The notes beneath the pieces were generated by a model. The model did no database searches. It was given only the letters and a program-made list of their open reading frames with translations, and was not told where the DNA came from. From Lobosporangium transversale (taxonomy: Eukaryota), in contig NW_019029001.1 of assembly GCF_002105155.1 (NCBI RefSeq), positions 558,001-622,000 on the forward strand: 64,000 nucleotides of DNA. The letters run 5' to 3'. The stretch's first letter is position 1; each line of letters opens with the position of its first letter. Below, in pieces: positions 37,771 to 50,611 of this stretch. The translations under genes and the position numbers were made by a program.

Positions 37771-38123
37771 TGTATGAATGGACGGAAAGGTGAAGGTTGA
37801 AGTTTGTTTGTTTATTTTATTTTATGTTTTTTAAACAATAACAAAGAAAGTCGTCCTTCCATGTGACTATATCACATGACCTGAACTTATTTCCGGCACG
37901 ACACAACCTGTCATCTTTACCATCTCTGCTTGTACATCTGTGTTCTTAGCAACTCTTTACTTTACCTACCAGTCTTTGGACCTCTGCTCGAATCGACTCG
38001 GCCCGAATCCAATCTGGACTCGACTATTAGTCTGGTTGGGCATTGTAATGTGCTTCATGCACAAATCACTTATTCAACTATAGATCAAAGTACACATCAC
38101 AAATAAAGACAAACACATACGCC

Positions 38124-40500
38124 ATGTATCATCCACACTCCAGTAGTACACTTGAGATCCCTTTAAAGGGGTCCGATAATGTACTAGAGATCTCGCGTTC
38201 GAGCCTCCCCACGCCTGCAGAGCTTTTTGACATCCTGAAGGCTGAAGAAGCACCATTAAGGAACTATGTTTTATTTGCAGTAAGAACGACATCTGCATTG
38301 CAAGAGACTAATTTTGTCAACTTTATGAGACGTTCTAATCTCTATCAATTTCTCATGCTATTAGCTTGAATATGCTCGACAGAACAATGTGGACTCGGCT
38401 ATTAAAGTCTTAATCGACGGTCTTAATGGTAATATGACTCCATTCTTCCTTCTTTCTCTTAGTCAACTATCTTCATTACTAAGCGATTCCATTTATTTCA
38501 TCTCCAACAGTCGAATATGAGCCAAATCCAAGGCCGCGTCTCCCCCTCCACAACCTCCTTGCATCCCTTTACATACGAAAGGCATATCAACCAGGGATTA
38601 ACCCTCACGACCGCAACACACTATGGTCGGAGGCGACGAAACATCTTGGCGCTGCTGAGAAGATTAATCCCAAGGATGACACGACATGGATCAGCAAAGG
38701 TACAAGACAGCTACAACACTTTTTTATTGTATGAAGCCCTCAAGGAAAGGACTGCAAGCTTGACTCAAAGAACATGTACTAATCAAATGGTCCAAAATTA
38801 AAAACTAGGTCTTCTTTTGCTCTCACGTAATTCTTTGGATGAAGCATATCGCCACTTTAAACAAGTCTTGGGAGAGAATAGCAGAAGCATTCCGGCCTTA
38901 CTTGGCACCGCACGTATCCACTTCATCCGCGAGAACTACGTGCAAGCGTTGAACTGCTATCGCAATGTGCTAAAACTTCAACCAGACTGTATACCTAATC
39001 CACGCATCGGTATGGGCTTATGCTTCTATAAGCTTGGAATGGTTGAACATGCACAAAAGGCATTCACACGTTGTATTGAAATGGATGGACATGATGCCAC
39101 AGCGCATGTTTTATTGGGGATCATTGAATTCAACAAATGCAAACACCCTGACCTCTCAGAAGATGATATGAAACAACATTACAAAGCCGGATTTCTGCAT
39201 CTGAAAGACGCCTATGCTGCAGACAAGAATCATCCAGTTGTCGGGCTGTATATGAGTAGACATTTTGCAGTCATAAAGAATGTAGATAAGGCAATGGCCT
39301 TTGCAACTAAAGCTTCAAACGCGAATGGTTTGAAAAATGTTCAGTCAGAAGGTTTTTACATTTTAGGCAGGATTCATCATCAGAACGAGCGATATCTCGA
39401 CGCTGTAGCCTGTTATCAGAAGGCTGTTACATACAATCCAGACAACCTCTTGGCTCAGTTCGGATTTGGTCAGACGCTTCTGTTCAAGCAGGATATTGCT
39501 GCTGCCATTTCTGCATTTGAGCGGATTCTCAGCAAAGAACCAAAATGTGTTGAGGCTATTGCTGTAAGTTCCCCCAAAGGTGTTATGTTGCGGACGACTC
39601 TATTGCTGTTCATTACGGATAATAATACTGCTATAATCCGAAATAGATTCTAGGATCAATTTATTCTCGCTCCTCAGCATCCAAAGGCAAAGCTTTGGAA
39701 TTTTTTGACAGAGCTACTAATATCATACATGAGCGTAACACACTCTCAATTCAGGACCCACTCATGTTTACAGAGATGGCACAGCTGCTGGAACAGACAG
39801 ATATCCCTAAAACACTCAAAGCATACATGTTTGCGCTCGGAATCTGTGGACAGAAAATTGATAGAGGTGAATTTGTAGAATACATGCCAGAGCTTTTAAA
39901 TAACGTTGCTGCGATCAATCACATGGATGGACGCCTGGACGCTGCTGAAGGAAGTTATAACAAAGCGTTAGATCTCTGTGCTGCTAAAGGAGATGATGTT
40001 GATATGGCAACGGAGGCAACCATCACTACCATCCGATATAACCTGGCCCGTTTATATGAAGAGCGAAACGAAATCCAACGTGCGGAAGAAATCTACAAGG
40101 ACATTGCGGCTAGGTACCACGGTTATGCTGATGCGCATTTACGACTTGGAGTTATTGAGCAGTCGCGTGGTAACTTTGAGCAGGCGGCTGAACTGTATAA
40201 GGACGTGTTTGGTATGATTGACAACAAGAATGTGGATGCCTGGACATTGATGGGCATGTTGCAACAGAAGCAAAACCAAATCAGGAATTCACGTAAGACA
40301 CTAGAAAGGATTGTCAAGGAGATCAATCGCCACGATGTATACGCTCTGTTGGCACTTGGAAATAATCATCTTGGTATTGCTCGTGAAGAAAAAGATAATA
40401 TGGCAATGGTGAGTGTCATCTTAAATCAACATCAGTTTCAGCCATTACTGTGGTGAGGTATCAAGGCTTTTGTTTATGTTGAGCCGCAAGCGCTTATCTA

Positions 40501-40541
<41 letters not shown>

Positions 40542-42099
40542 CGGATTGTAGAAACAAGAGTTGTACAAGAAGGCGTTCGAATTTTTTGATAAGGTCCTCA
40601 AAATAGATGCATATAATGCATACGCAGCAAATGGAATAGCTATCTCTTTGGCAGTTCACGGCCATCATACGGAAGCAAGAGAAATGTTTCTTCAGCTCCG
40701 CGAAGCTGCTTCAGCGATTCCAACGATTTGGCTCAATTTGGCCTTAGTGTCTGCTGATATGGGACAGTATCGGAATGCTGTCTTGTTGGTAAGTGCTCTC
40801 GTCTTTACTAAAGTTATGTCAGGGTCACATGTACTGAGCCTATGGTAGTGTTCAATAATCCTCGCTCAATTCACTCACTCTTTCTTTTTCATTTTCTCTA
40901 GTATCAAAGCGTCTCGAAAAAGTTTTTTAATAATGAAGATGAGAATGTCATTTTGTCGATGGCTAAAGCACAGTACTGCTTAGCCAAGCAAGAAAAGAGT
41001 CCAGAGAAGATGCAGCAGGCTTTAGCAATGGCACAAAGAGCTTTTCGTCTGAATCCAAGCGATAAAACTGCACTGTATGATATTGCATTGATTCAACAAT
41101 CCTATGCTCAGCTTGTATCTGATCGTGCCTCCAGCGAACGTACTGTTGAGGATATCAATAACGCCATGGCCGGCTTGAATGTAGCCAAGAGGTAAGTGCA
41201 AAATATCAAACATGTCCACTTGGCAAATATGACTGATTTAAAAAAATAAAAAAAAAAAAAACATGGTGAGGTATTAAAGCTTTCTGATATATCATTCAAA
41301 TGGCTCTATAGTATCCTCAAATCATTAATCGCTGTCCCCGCAAAGGAACATGTCTATTATGAACGTGATATTGCTGCACAACGCGAGAAGCATGGAGATT
41401 CATTACTGAACATGCTCCAGCGAAAACTTAAAGACCAGGAAGAATTTGAGGCAGGGAAGAAGAAAGCTATGGATGAAACACGTAGGAAACGTGAAGAGGA
41501 AAAAGCAAAGAAGGACGAAGAGGAGCGTAATGAACGTGAAAGACGAGAAGCAGAAGAGCGTGCGATCTTGGAAAGGCGTCGTGCTTTGGATGAGGGAGCC
41601 AAGGAAACACAGAGAGAGCTGGATGAGATGAACCGAGAGCGTGCGGAGCGCAAGCGAATGGTAGTGAGTGAAGATGATTTGAGTGATGATGGTCTGGACG
41701 CCAATGGTGAGCGCGAATCCAAGAAACAGAAGAAGGATCGAAAGCCAAGAGAGCCGAAGGAACCAAAGGAGCCTAAAGAACCCAAGGAGGCACGGAAAGG
41801 CAAACTCCGCAAGAAATCAGAGCTTGAAGGACGAGCACGGAGTAAGAGCATGGATCGGGATGACGATGGTATACATGATGATCCTACATCACAGAAATCA
41901 TCGTCAAAGAAATAGTAAGTGTGGATTGTTCTCTCAGCTGTTAGGACCCTTATTCTCAGAAAAAAATGTGAGACAAGATGAATTAACCAATTTGTTCCTG
42001 CATACATTTTATTTTATTTTATTTTATTTTCTTTATGCATATGTTCACAGCAAATCCAAGGAGACCATTGAATCTGATGAGGATGAAATGTCTGATTGA
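38124..42099 (+). CDS. CTR9: PAF1 complex TPR subunit Ctr9, multi-exon
   Basis: LEIPLKGSDNVLEI, ILKAEEAPL, many TPRs (PRIGMGLCFYKLG, PELLNNVAA, TTIRYNLARLYE, HDVYALLALGN, NAYAANGIAI), charged tail ending YKSKETIESDEDEMSD. Confidence 0.93.
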
Positions 42100-42154
42100 A
42101 GAACTTGCGCAGGACGGAATAGACGATAATTGCAATTTTCAATGTAAACCTGCA

Positions 42155-42207
<53 letters not shown>

Positions 42208-42645
42208 AGCATCTAATCTACACAGCCCCTTGATGCAAGGACCATCAAAACAATTTGAATCTGGATAGTTGTAATATTATGATTTTATGAATTTTATGAT
42301 ATCCCTTTGTCTTCTGTGTTCAGTAATCATTATCATTCTGATCGTCAGGGACATGCGACCAACTTCAACATGGCTTGAATTTGCATTGTTACTTTTGGGG
42401 TCAAACAGTCACTGGAATATTTTTTCCTGGTTCTGGATGGTGCTGCAGGAAGCAAATGTGCCTTTCTTTTCTCTCTTTTTTCTCCATTGACTCCCATCAA
42501 CATAATCTCACGCCCTTTTCAACATTTGACACCACAAACCGTTGGGAACAAAAGGCAAAATAAAAAAGGATAAACTTGCCCCGCTCGATTTCACTTACCG
42601 AATTATAATAAAAAAAGTCTTACCTCTACGCATTCACCACTAACA

Positions 42646-45600
42646 ATGACTTCGACCAAGAAGAGCAAAACTCGTGCCATGCCTATGCTTCCAACGTCGT
42701 CAACAGCTCCCTGTCTAGCACATTCATTGCAGAACGAGGACTGGCCAGCAGAAGCACAAAAGGTCAAGGACGAGCAGATGCAAGCCTTCTACCAAGAGTA
42801 TATTAAGGTAAAAGAGAAGGACTCTGCAACAATCTCTTAGTGTTTTTTTTCTGTTGTTATGAATCGATTTGGCTATCTGTCTGTTCAAGAGATAGGAGAG
42901 TAGCTCGAATCCAATGCTCATGTCTTACAACAACGATCCATCATATGCTCCTCCGCTTACAATTCGATATTACCTCTATTCACTTTGGCATCTTAGACTG
43001 TACCCGAGAAAGGAACAGTCGTGGATCCAGACGATCATATTCGGGTAATTCAATAAAAAAGAAAGAAGTGGTGATTCTTTACAAATATATATTGGCGTGC
43101 CTTCTCATCGATTCCTTTGCTATCTCTTAGAGACTTACAACTGCCCTTACTCAGTATACGAGCAGAGGAATGCCAGAGGATAAAGCTGTATCAGAAGAGT
43201 TTTTACGCCAAGGTTCTGAACATATCTTGACTCCTTCTCCAGAGGAACTCATGGAGCTGTATGCGACAGTCCTTCGTGAGAATTTAGGTAATACGATGGG
43301 TCCCTCAATTGCACAAAATGCTCTACCACATGAATCCTAAACAATCTTGTGTATCCCACATGTTACCTTATTATGATGGTGGTAAACACTATAGACTTGA
43401 ATCCTAAAATGAAGGAAATACTTACGGATCAAAACTTTGCGGCATCTACATTACTACATGGAGAAGAGCTCATCCAGCATTTTCGTCATCATCAGCAACG
43501 TCAACATGCAGCAGCGTCTCAACAACACGCTCCTTGCGGATGTGGTGTAGACCATGGAGATGAGGCCCTTGGCTTTCCGGAAGACAGCTATGAGGACGAG
43601 CCGGATGAGGAAGAGGAAGAAGAAGACGACGAAGGAGGCGAAGGAGATGAGGGAGAAGAGGATGATGGTGAAGAGGAGGAGGAAGAGGAGGAGAGCATGG
43701 ATGATGAAGAGTATGATGATGACGATGGACAGGATGTTGTAGATGGGTATGCACATCACTATGAAGAGAACAGCATCAAAATGATGGCCTATGAAGAAGA
43801 GAAACTTAAGCTAGAGACAGTCCGCAGAGTCCGTGAGGAAGAACGACGTCTCAAGGAGGAGTTTCGCAAGAAAAGGCTATCCGAGAGGATAAAGCAGAAG
43901 CAAGAAAAGGGTAGGCATTTTCTTGATTCTTGGCATTGATATCATGGTTTAAGTACCGCCACGCCATCGCTTAGATCAGCCATTGGACTATGAAACTAAT
44001 ATCCTTTTTGGTGTGTACTTTTACTCTTTTATAACCATCATCGCTATTGCTTTTAGAGAGAATTCAACTACTGCAACGATTACGTCTAGAAGATGAAGAG
44101 CGCCGCAGGCGCGAAGTACTGGAAAAGCAGCGTCGGGAAAAACTTGAAGAAGAGATGCGGAAGAAGCGAGAGGCGGGTATGTCTTGGCTACATTAAGGTC
44201 TCTGGATCATCTTGACATAGGCATGTAGATGCTTGGTCCTCTCCTAACGGCACTATATCATCATTATTATGGATCGTAATAGCTGAAGCCGACCAAAAGG
44301 CCCGTTCATTCTTATTTCAATGCACGATGCGGTCACAGGTTGAGACTGTAAAACAAATCATTAGCGCTACTCCGGATGAATCTTGTTCCTTGACAGGCGT
44401 ACCACGCTTCGTCACAACTGCCGCGACGCGCCTATTTGGATGGGAGTTCATGACCATGGTAGAAGGCGTTGGTGAAGTTAGTGAGGAAAAGGGCGTCCAG
44501 GAGACACTGCTTCACGTCGCTGTACGAGTAGGATGTGTTGACTTGGCGATATTCTTTATTAGCAAAGGTATTATATATTGTTCTCGCTATCAAAGCCCAT
44601 TTTCAGTATTTGATGACCAGCTATAGCTCTTTTATTTTTATTTTTATCCTTATTTTTTTCTTGTCTAATGGATGCTCCTTTATTGGTTACCTATAGGTGC
44701 GCCGTTAGATGCTCTTGATAAGGATGGGCTAACGCCACTCCATACTGCAGCAAAACATTCTTCGCCTTTTGAGATATGCAAAGTGCTTGTAGAGAAGACT
44801 GCGCATCATATTGATCAGACATGCATTCTCGACGGCAAGACAGCACTTCACTATGCAGCCCAGACTGGATATGCCGATCTCGTATTGTTGTTGTTACAAT
44901 ACCATGCTCGGATTAATCCACAAGACCTTAAGGGCAACACACCAGAATTCCTTGCAAAAGTGGGGTTGGAGAGTGTATTATCAGAAAAGTCAACAAAGGC
45001 CAATACGAAGCAGGCCAACGCAACCAAAGCACAGAAATTTCGAAATGTAATACAGCACCTCCAAAAAGCGATAATTGCAGCTAAGGAGGCTCAAAGTCGG
45101 AAGGATGCACAGCTTGAGGAACAAAGGCGAAGAGACGAAGCTCTTGCGCGCGAAGAAGCAGAGAAGGATAATGCTGCTCGAAGAAAACAGGAGGAGAAGC
45201 TCGAAGCGGATTTGAGGAGACGCTTGGAGGAAGAGAAGGAGTTAGAACGTTTGAAGGCGATAGCGTCGGACCCAAGCGGAAATAACAACACTAGCAACAA
45301 GAAAAAGAAGAAGAAAAAAGGCGGCAACAAAAATGAAGCAGCATCCACTGCAAAAGAGACACCACCAATAACATCTTCCCCGTCTAAAAAAGGAAAGGAA
45401 TCTTTCTCCGAACTATCCAACGTTGATACTAAAATGGTTCAAAGTTCAGCAGAATCGACGTCAATCTCAAATCAACCTATAAAAATCATTGACCCTCCAT
45501 TACCGACTGCAAAGCCTTCCGGGGCCAATACAAAACCGTCGACATCAGCTAAAATAGTATCAGCTGTTAGCTCACAGCCCACCATAATAAGAATTCCAAA

Positions 45601-47801
45601 ACCCAAAACAACATATCGTCCTTCACAACTGGTCGTCACTCGCATGACAGATATGGGATTTCCATTGCGTGAATCTCGGAAAGCGCTAATTCAGACTGAA
45701 GGACGTGTGGAGGATGCAATCGACCTCTTAACCAGTGGAGCACAACTCGCAGATGATTCTGAGGATGAAGCAGAGCAGGCAGCAGAGAGAGCTAAAGCCA
45801 AGGCAGCCAAACTTAGCGCTATGAATGCAAAGGCGCAGCCAGCAAAGTCGTCGGAAGGTCATGTGAATGGTCATGCCAATATTGTACGGTCACCGCAGCA
45901 GCCCAACTCCGATCCTGCACAGAACCACCATGCTCAGTCTACATCTCAACAGCAACAGCAGTCGCAGGCACATCAGCGCACATTTTCTCAGTCCCATGCT
46001 CCTCTGGGGATGCAACAAATATCTCCACGGCCTGCTAACCATCCCGTACAGATCTTGCAACGGACTCAGGCGGTGGCTCCCCATGTCCAATCCCGATCAG
46101 TACCTACGCAAGTGCTTCAGCGACCCTCAGCTCATGTTCAACAGCTGCAGCATCCACAGTCCCATATCAACGCACAAATTGCAAAAGCAGGGAAGTCACT
46201 ATCCAGCCAAGGAGCGGTACTAGCAACCTTGAACCCAGTGCTGCATCAAACTCCGGCGATTACAGGCTTCATCGCCCCTAGGGCAGCTCAGCCGATATCT
46301 TCTACACGTACTCCCTATTCTTATGGGCCAGCGACACCATACTCTCATAATAGTAAGCCTTTGACACCTTCAGTTAGCACGAGCCATGTCAACAATCCCA
46401 ACCTAACTTCTAACAGAATACCAGTGTCTCCATCCGCTTCTGGCATGGATCGAAGTGTCCCTGGACATGGGCCTGTAAATGACGCTGGAGCGATTGGGGT
46501 GGTGCATAAGTTGGGAGACATGAACCTCTCAGATCATCAAGGCTTTGGTACTGGCTCGGATTTTTCTGGATTTGCGGCAGTGGCATCTACGTGGGATGTC
46601 AGTATTGGTAGCAAGGGACCGGTGACCTCAGCTTCACAGGAGCTTCCAATGCCTATGAGTGCAGGATATCAGTCTTCGCCTATGACTGGGCATAATCTAT
46701 GGTCAACCTCTGGCTTACCCCTATCTACAACATCTTTGCTTTCTAACGTTGCCGATAACAATATTGGATCTGCGTTCGGATCCCCATTCTTGACCAGTTT
46801 ACCGACAGCCCACCACCAGCAACAGCAAACACAGTGCCAACCGGTACATCAACCAACATTACGCCAACAACAGCATCCAGGCTCGTCAGTCATGGGTTCT
46901 CCTTTGGATGGGCTGCAGGCTTTTGGTGATAATGATCTAGATCTTGGGAATGCGGGCGATGAAATGATCAAGGACGTACTTGCCATGACAGGCGCTATCG
47001 ACTCTGAAGAGTTTGCGGAACTTCAGGCAGAGTACTCACTCTTGGGCTCTGGGCCCTCAAACAACAGTAATAGCAATGGTACTTCCAGCAACGTCAGCAA
47101 TGGGCCTTCGAGAACTGTTGGAGATGGACGAAACAGCAATCAGAATAGTAATAGTGGGCAGCCCATGGCAAGTTTGTGGGACATGTCTACAACTGGCTCC
47201 TTTAATGGTGAAGGTAATCATGGACTGCCATCGCCTATTGGCCCTCTAGGTGGGCATGCACGACGTGGTATGGATTCAGGTTTTAATGGCAATGACCCCT
47301 ATGGTATTTTTTTTTTCAAAGAGGGAAAGAGGAAGGTTTTGGCTTTCGAACTTATTGATAAAGTCTTTTTTTCGTGTAACAGCTTTCTTACCGGACACCA
47401 GAAGAGATATACCCGAATACAGCCAATGGAACTCGGGATTCATATTGGATCAAAGCATGTATCCATCCTCACAGCACAACATTGGCTCATCTACATTCCT
47501 TGATAGCTTCTTTGGATCGAGTGTTGGTGTCTCCACGTCACTCTATAGCCAACAGCCTCAAGTACAGCCTCATCATTTTCCACACCAACCACAACCGCTA
47601 TCGCCGTTTGACTATTCAAATTTCGGAGGATTAGGTAATTCAACAACCTCGAACACTCCATCATTGACATCGCCTACATCGTCTGGAGTTGTATCCATGT
47701 CTGCAATTGGGAGCAGCCGACAACATTTCTCATCGCAGCAGCCTATAGGCTCCATACCAACCAAGAGTAATAATGATAGTCAAAACCCCAAACACTATTA
47801 A
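42646..47801 (+). CDS. Large ankyrin-repeat + coiled-coil + UBA-domain protein, multi-exon
   Basis: Ankyrin motifs ETLLHVAVRVG, DGLTPLHTAA, GKTALHYAAQTG, KGNTP; UBA VTRMTDMGFPLRESRKALIQTEGRVEDAIDLL; acidic tract; Q/S/N-rich tail. Exon boundaries approximate. Confidence 0.8.
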
Positions 47802-47890
47802 AATTTTGCCCTTCAATGGGAAATGTTTCTCTTCAATTTGTTGATTGCCGTTTTTTATCTAAAAAAAAAAAAAAAAAAAAAAAAAAACCT

Positions 47891-49672
47891 CTAATATGAA
47901 ACCTGATTAGAGTAAAGCTCTCTAGCCTGTGCCTGTTTGAGTTCCTTTCGAGAATTAAAGGATCTGCGATCGATCTTTGCTGTTGAATGTTTATAAGGCT
48001 CCATGATGTAAAATTTTGGAGGAAAGGGCTTTCTTATCGTTGTGTTAGATATGGGAGTCGATTGTACGGTAGTAGTTTTATGAATGGTTGAAGAAGGCAA
48101 AAATGGAAGTGAAGACGAGCAGGTTGAGGAGGATAAATAAGATGAAGGCGGACTTAAGATGGGTTGTGCTGATGAATATGAAATAGTGTTTGTGGGTAAT
48201 GCCAGTAATGATGATGCTATATATGAAGGATGGGGTACCCAACTAGGCGTCGGAGAACTCGAACTCGTTATTGAAGAGGATGGTGAGGATGACTTTATGG
48301 AGCTTCCTTGGTTCAAAGATCTGCGCGTCCTGCGACGTTCGCTTTTACTGTGGGGGGACAAGTATCTATTTCTTTCTCCTACATCCTCTTTTGCTTCTCT
48401 TGTCCCTTCGTTGACTACAGTCCTTTGGGCTAGATTCATTGCTCCATCAGTGTTAAACATAGTATCAGTAGCACTTATACTATCAACGCAAGAATGCACC
48501 ATGCATTGAAGGAACGGCATTGGCGATGTAGAACCATATACCTGACAGCATGGGATGAACGCATTGGTAGTTATTGAGGATGATGGAAGCTGTGATGACA
48601 TCAAGGCTCCGTTAACGCCACCAGCAATAGGCATCATCCAAGGGGAAATTAACGACCGATACTGCTGCTGCTGTTGTTGTTGTTGGTGCTGGCCCCGTTG
48701 TTCTTGATGTATTGACTGATGAAAAAGAGGAAGCAAAGGTGAGTCCAAAATGACCATTGATGGTAATAGAGAATAAGGTAATGTTGTTGGTACCATAGTG
48801 GTTGTAGTAGTAGTCACAGTCGCAGTCGCAGTCGCAGTGGTAGTTGTAATCGCTGTTTGACTTTGATGTTGCATAGCTGTGGTTGTTGCTCCAGAGGATA
48901 GTTGCATGGGCACCTCGGGATCTAATCCTAAAGAAGTTTGCGATGTCAGTGTCTCTTCGATGGCTCCTGGGATCTGGATTTGACACAACAAAGGCTCAAG
49001 TTTAATTTTGCTGCTGTCTTGTACAGACAGATCGTCTCGCTCCACATAACCGAGATCGAAGGCTGAGGTTGAAACAAGTGACGCCTGGTTACCAAAAGTA
49101 TCAATAGCTGTAGTAACAGTGCTAATAGAAGCGTCATCTGTGCTAAAGGAAGTGGTAATGGCATTAACGATATCTATGGCCAAAATCTCATCAACCCTTT
49201 TCTCTAAATCATGATCCTCTACGCCGATCAAGGATGGAGAGACATTCACAATATTCCGACTCGGCAGCACTGCAGCTTGGTTTGTACTCAGATAATCATT
49301 GTTGGTGTTGCTATCCTTGTTGCTGTCGCCATCATTATCATTGCAATTACCATCGTCATTGTCACTTTTATTGTCGTAGGCGTCAAAATGGGCAAGGCTG
49401 CTATGGAGATCTTGAAAAAAATCAAACTCGTGGAGAGAAATACTAGCAGTGCTGTTGTTTCTACGTTTGCCATCACGATGGTACATGTTTTTACTGTTCG
49501 TTTCCGTTGCCACCTCCATTTCCGATGTATATGAGCTTGACGTACCCAAAAATGATGGTTTGGAAAGATCATTCTCCCAACTGTTCATCTCTTTCAGAAA
49601 CTCTGCTACCTCCATTTCTTTATCGTGCCCGTTGCTTTGTACTTGACAACCGATGTCTTCAAGGACTACCAT
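47891..49672 (-). CDS. Hypothetical low-complexity (S/T/Q-rich) protein, single long ORF
   Basis: ~590-codon open frame from first ATG 49672; no recognisable domain. Confidence 0.6.
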   Translation of the reverse strand: MVVLEDIGCQVQSNGHDKEMEVAEFLKEMNSWENDLSKPSFLGTSSSYTSEMEVATETNSKNMYHRDGKRRNNSTASISLHEFDFFQDLHSSLAHFDAYDNKSDNDDGNCNDNDGDSNKDSNTNNDYLSTNQAAVLPSRNIVNVSPSLIGVEDHDLEKRVDEILAIDIVNAITTSFSTDDASISTVTTAIDTFGNQASLVSTSAFDLGYVERDDLSVQDSSKIKLEPLLCQIQIPGAIEETLTSQTSLGLDPEVPMQLSSGATTTAMQHQSQTAITTTTATATATVTTTTTTMVPTTLPYSLLPSMVILDSPLLPLFHQSIHQEQRGQHQQQQQQQQYRSLISPWMMPIAGGVNGALMSSQLPSSSITTNAFIPCCQVYGSTSPMPFLQCMVHSCVDSISATDTMFNTDGAMNLAQRTVVNEGTREAKEDVGERNRYLSPHSKSERRRTRRSLNQGSSIKSSSPSSSITSSSSPTPSWVPHPSYIASSLLALPTNTISYSSAQPILSPPSSYLSSSTCSSSLPFLPSSTIHKTTTVQSTPISNTTIRKPFPPKFYIMEPYKHSTAKIDRRSFNSRKELKQAQARELYSNQVSY

Positions 49673-50276
49673 CGTAATTAGCGTTGCTAGGACCTTTTTC
49701 AAGTTCTTTGTTGGTTCTTTTTTTTATGTAAAGTGATGCAAATCGTTACCACTCGTTCATCTTTTTATGGGTGTGCGAGGCTTAAAAAGCTCTCTTCTAA
49801 CCTTCTTGCCCTCTTCTTTTAAGGGAGTTAGGCCAATGACATCCTTACTGCATTCATTTTATTAAATTTCCATGTCGGAATGTAAAGTAGACTAAAAAGA
49901 CATCAGTACACCGCTCAAAATTAATCGTATCCACGGGAGGGGAAAAAACACATCCACCAATTATCAAAGATGGGAAGCGCATAATTTTATTCTCGGTTAA
50001 AGATTGCAAATAAGCCGCGCTACGCACTGCGGATCAAGGTATGCTTTGAAAATAAAAATAATAAAATAAAATAAACTTGGTATGGTGGTATATTTGTTCG
50101 TGGATTTTCATGCGTCCTATGCAAGTAAACGATTCTAGGTTTCTTTTTCTTGTACCGCAGTCCTGACAAGTCCACATCTGATCGTTTGCGCTACATGCAC
50201 ATAAATTGTGGTCATACGTAAAAAATTGAGAGCATACCATTTTATTTTCAACATACTACGCTTCCGATACAAGTTG

Positions 50277-50576
50277 TCAGTTTAAAGGTGTGGTTATGGC
50301 CTTATTAAATATTTTCTAGAAAAAAAAAAAAAAAAAAAAAAAAACCTGGGTCAATTCAGAAAAAAGTTGCTATCCTTTCATTACCACGGTCTAACTTACC
50401 AATACTTTCGAATCAATAAATTTCCCTACGGCCTTGACGCGTTCTTTATGTTCCATAGCTATAAATTCCTTTAGCGAACATAATGACAAGATCAGCTGAA
50501 TCGAAAACGGATTGAACAATTGAAAGGAAGTCAGGAACCGCTCATGCTATATATGTGGCAATAAAGCCAGTGTGAT

Positions 50577-50611
<35 letters not shown>

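Noticed and set aside
41357..42007. 216-aa minus-strand S/L/F-rich ORF
   Set aside because: Antisense of the charged Ctr9 tail.
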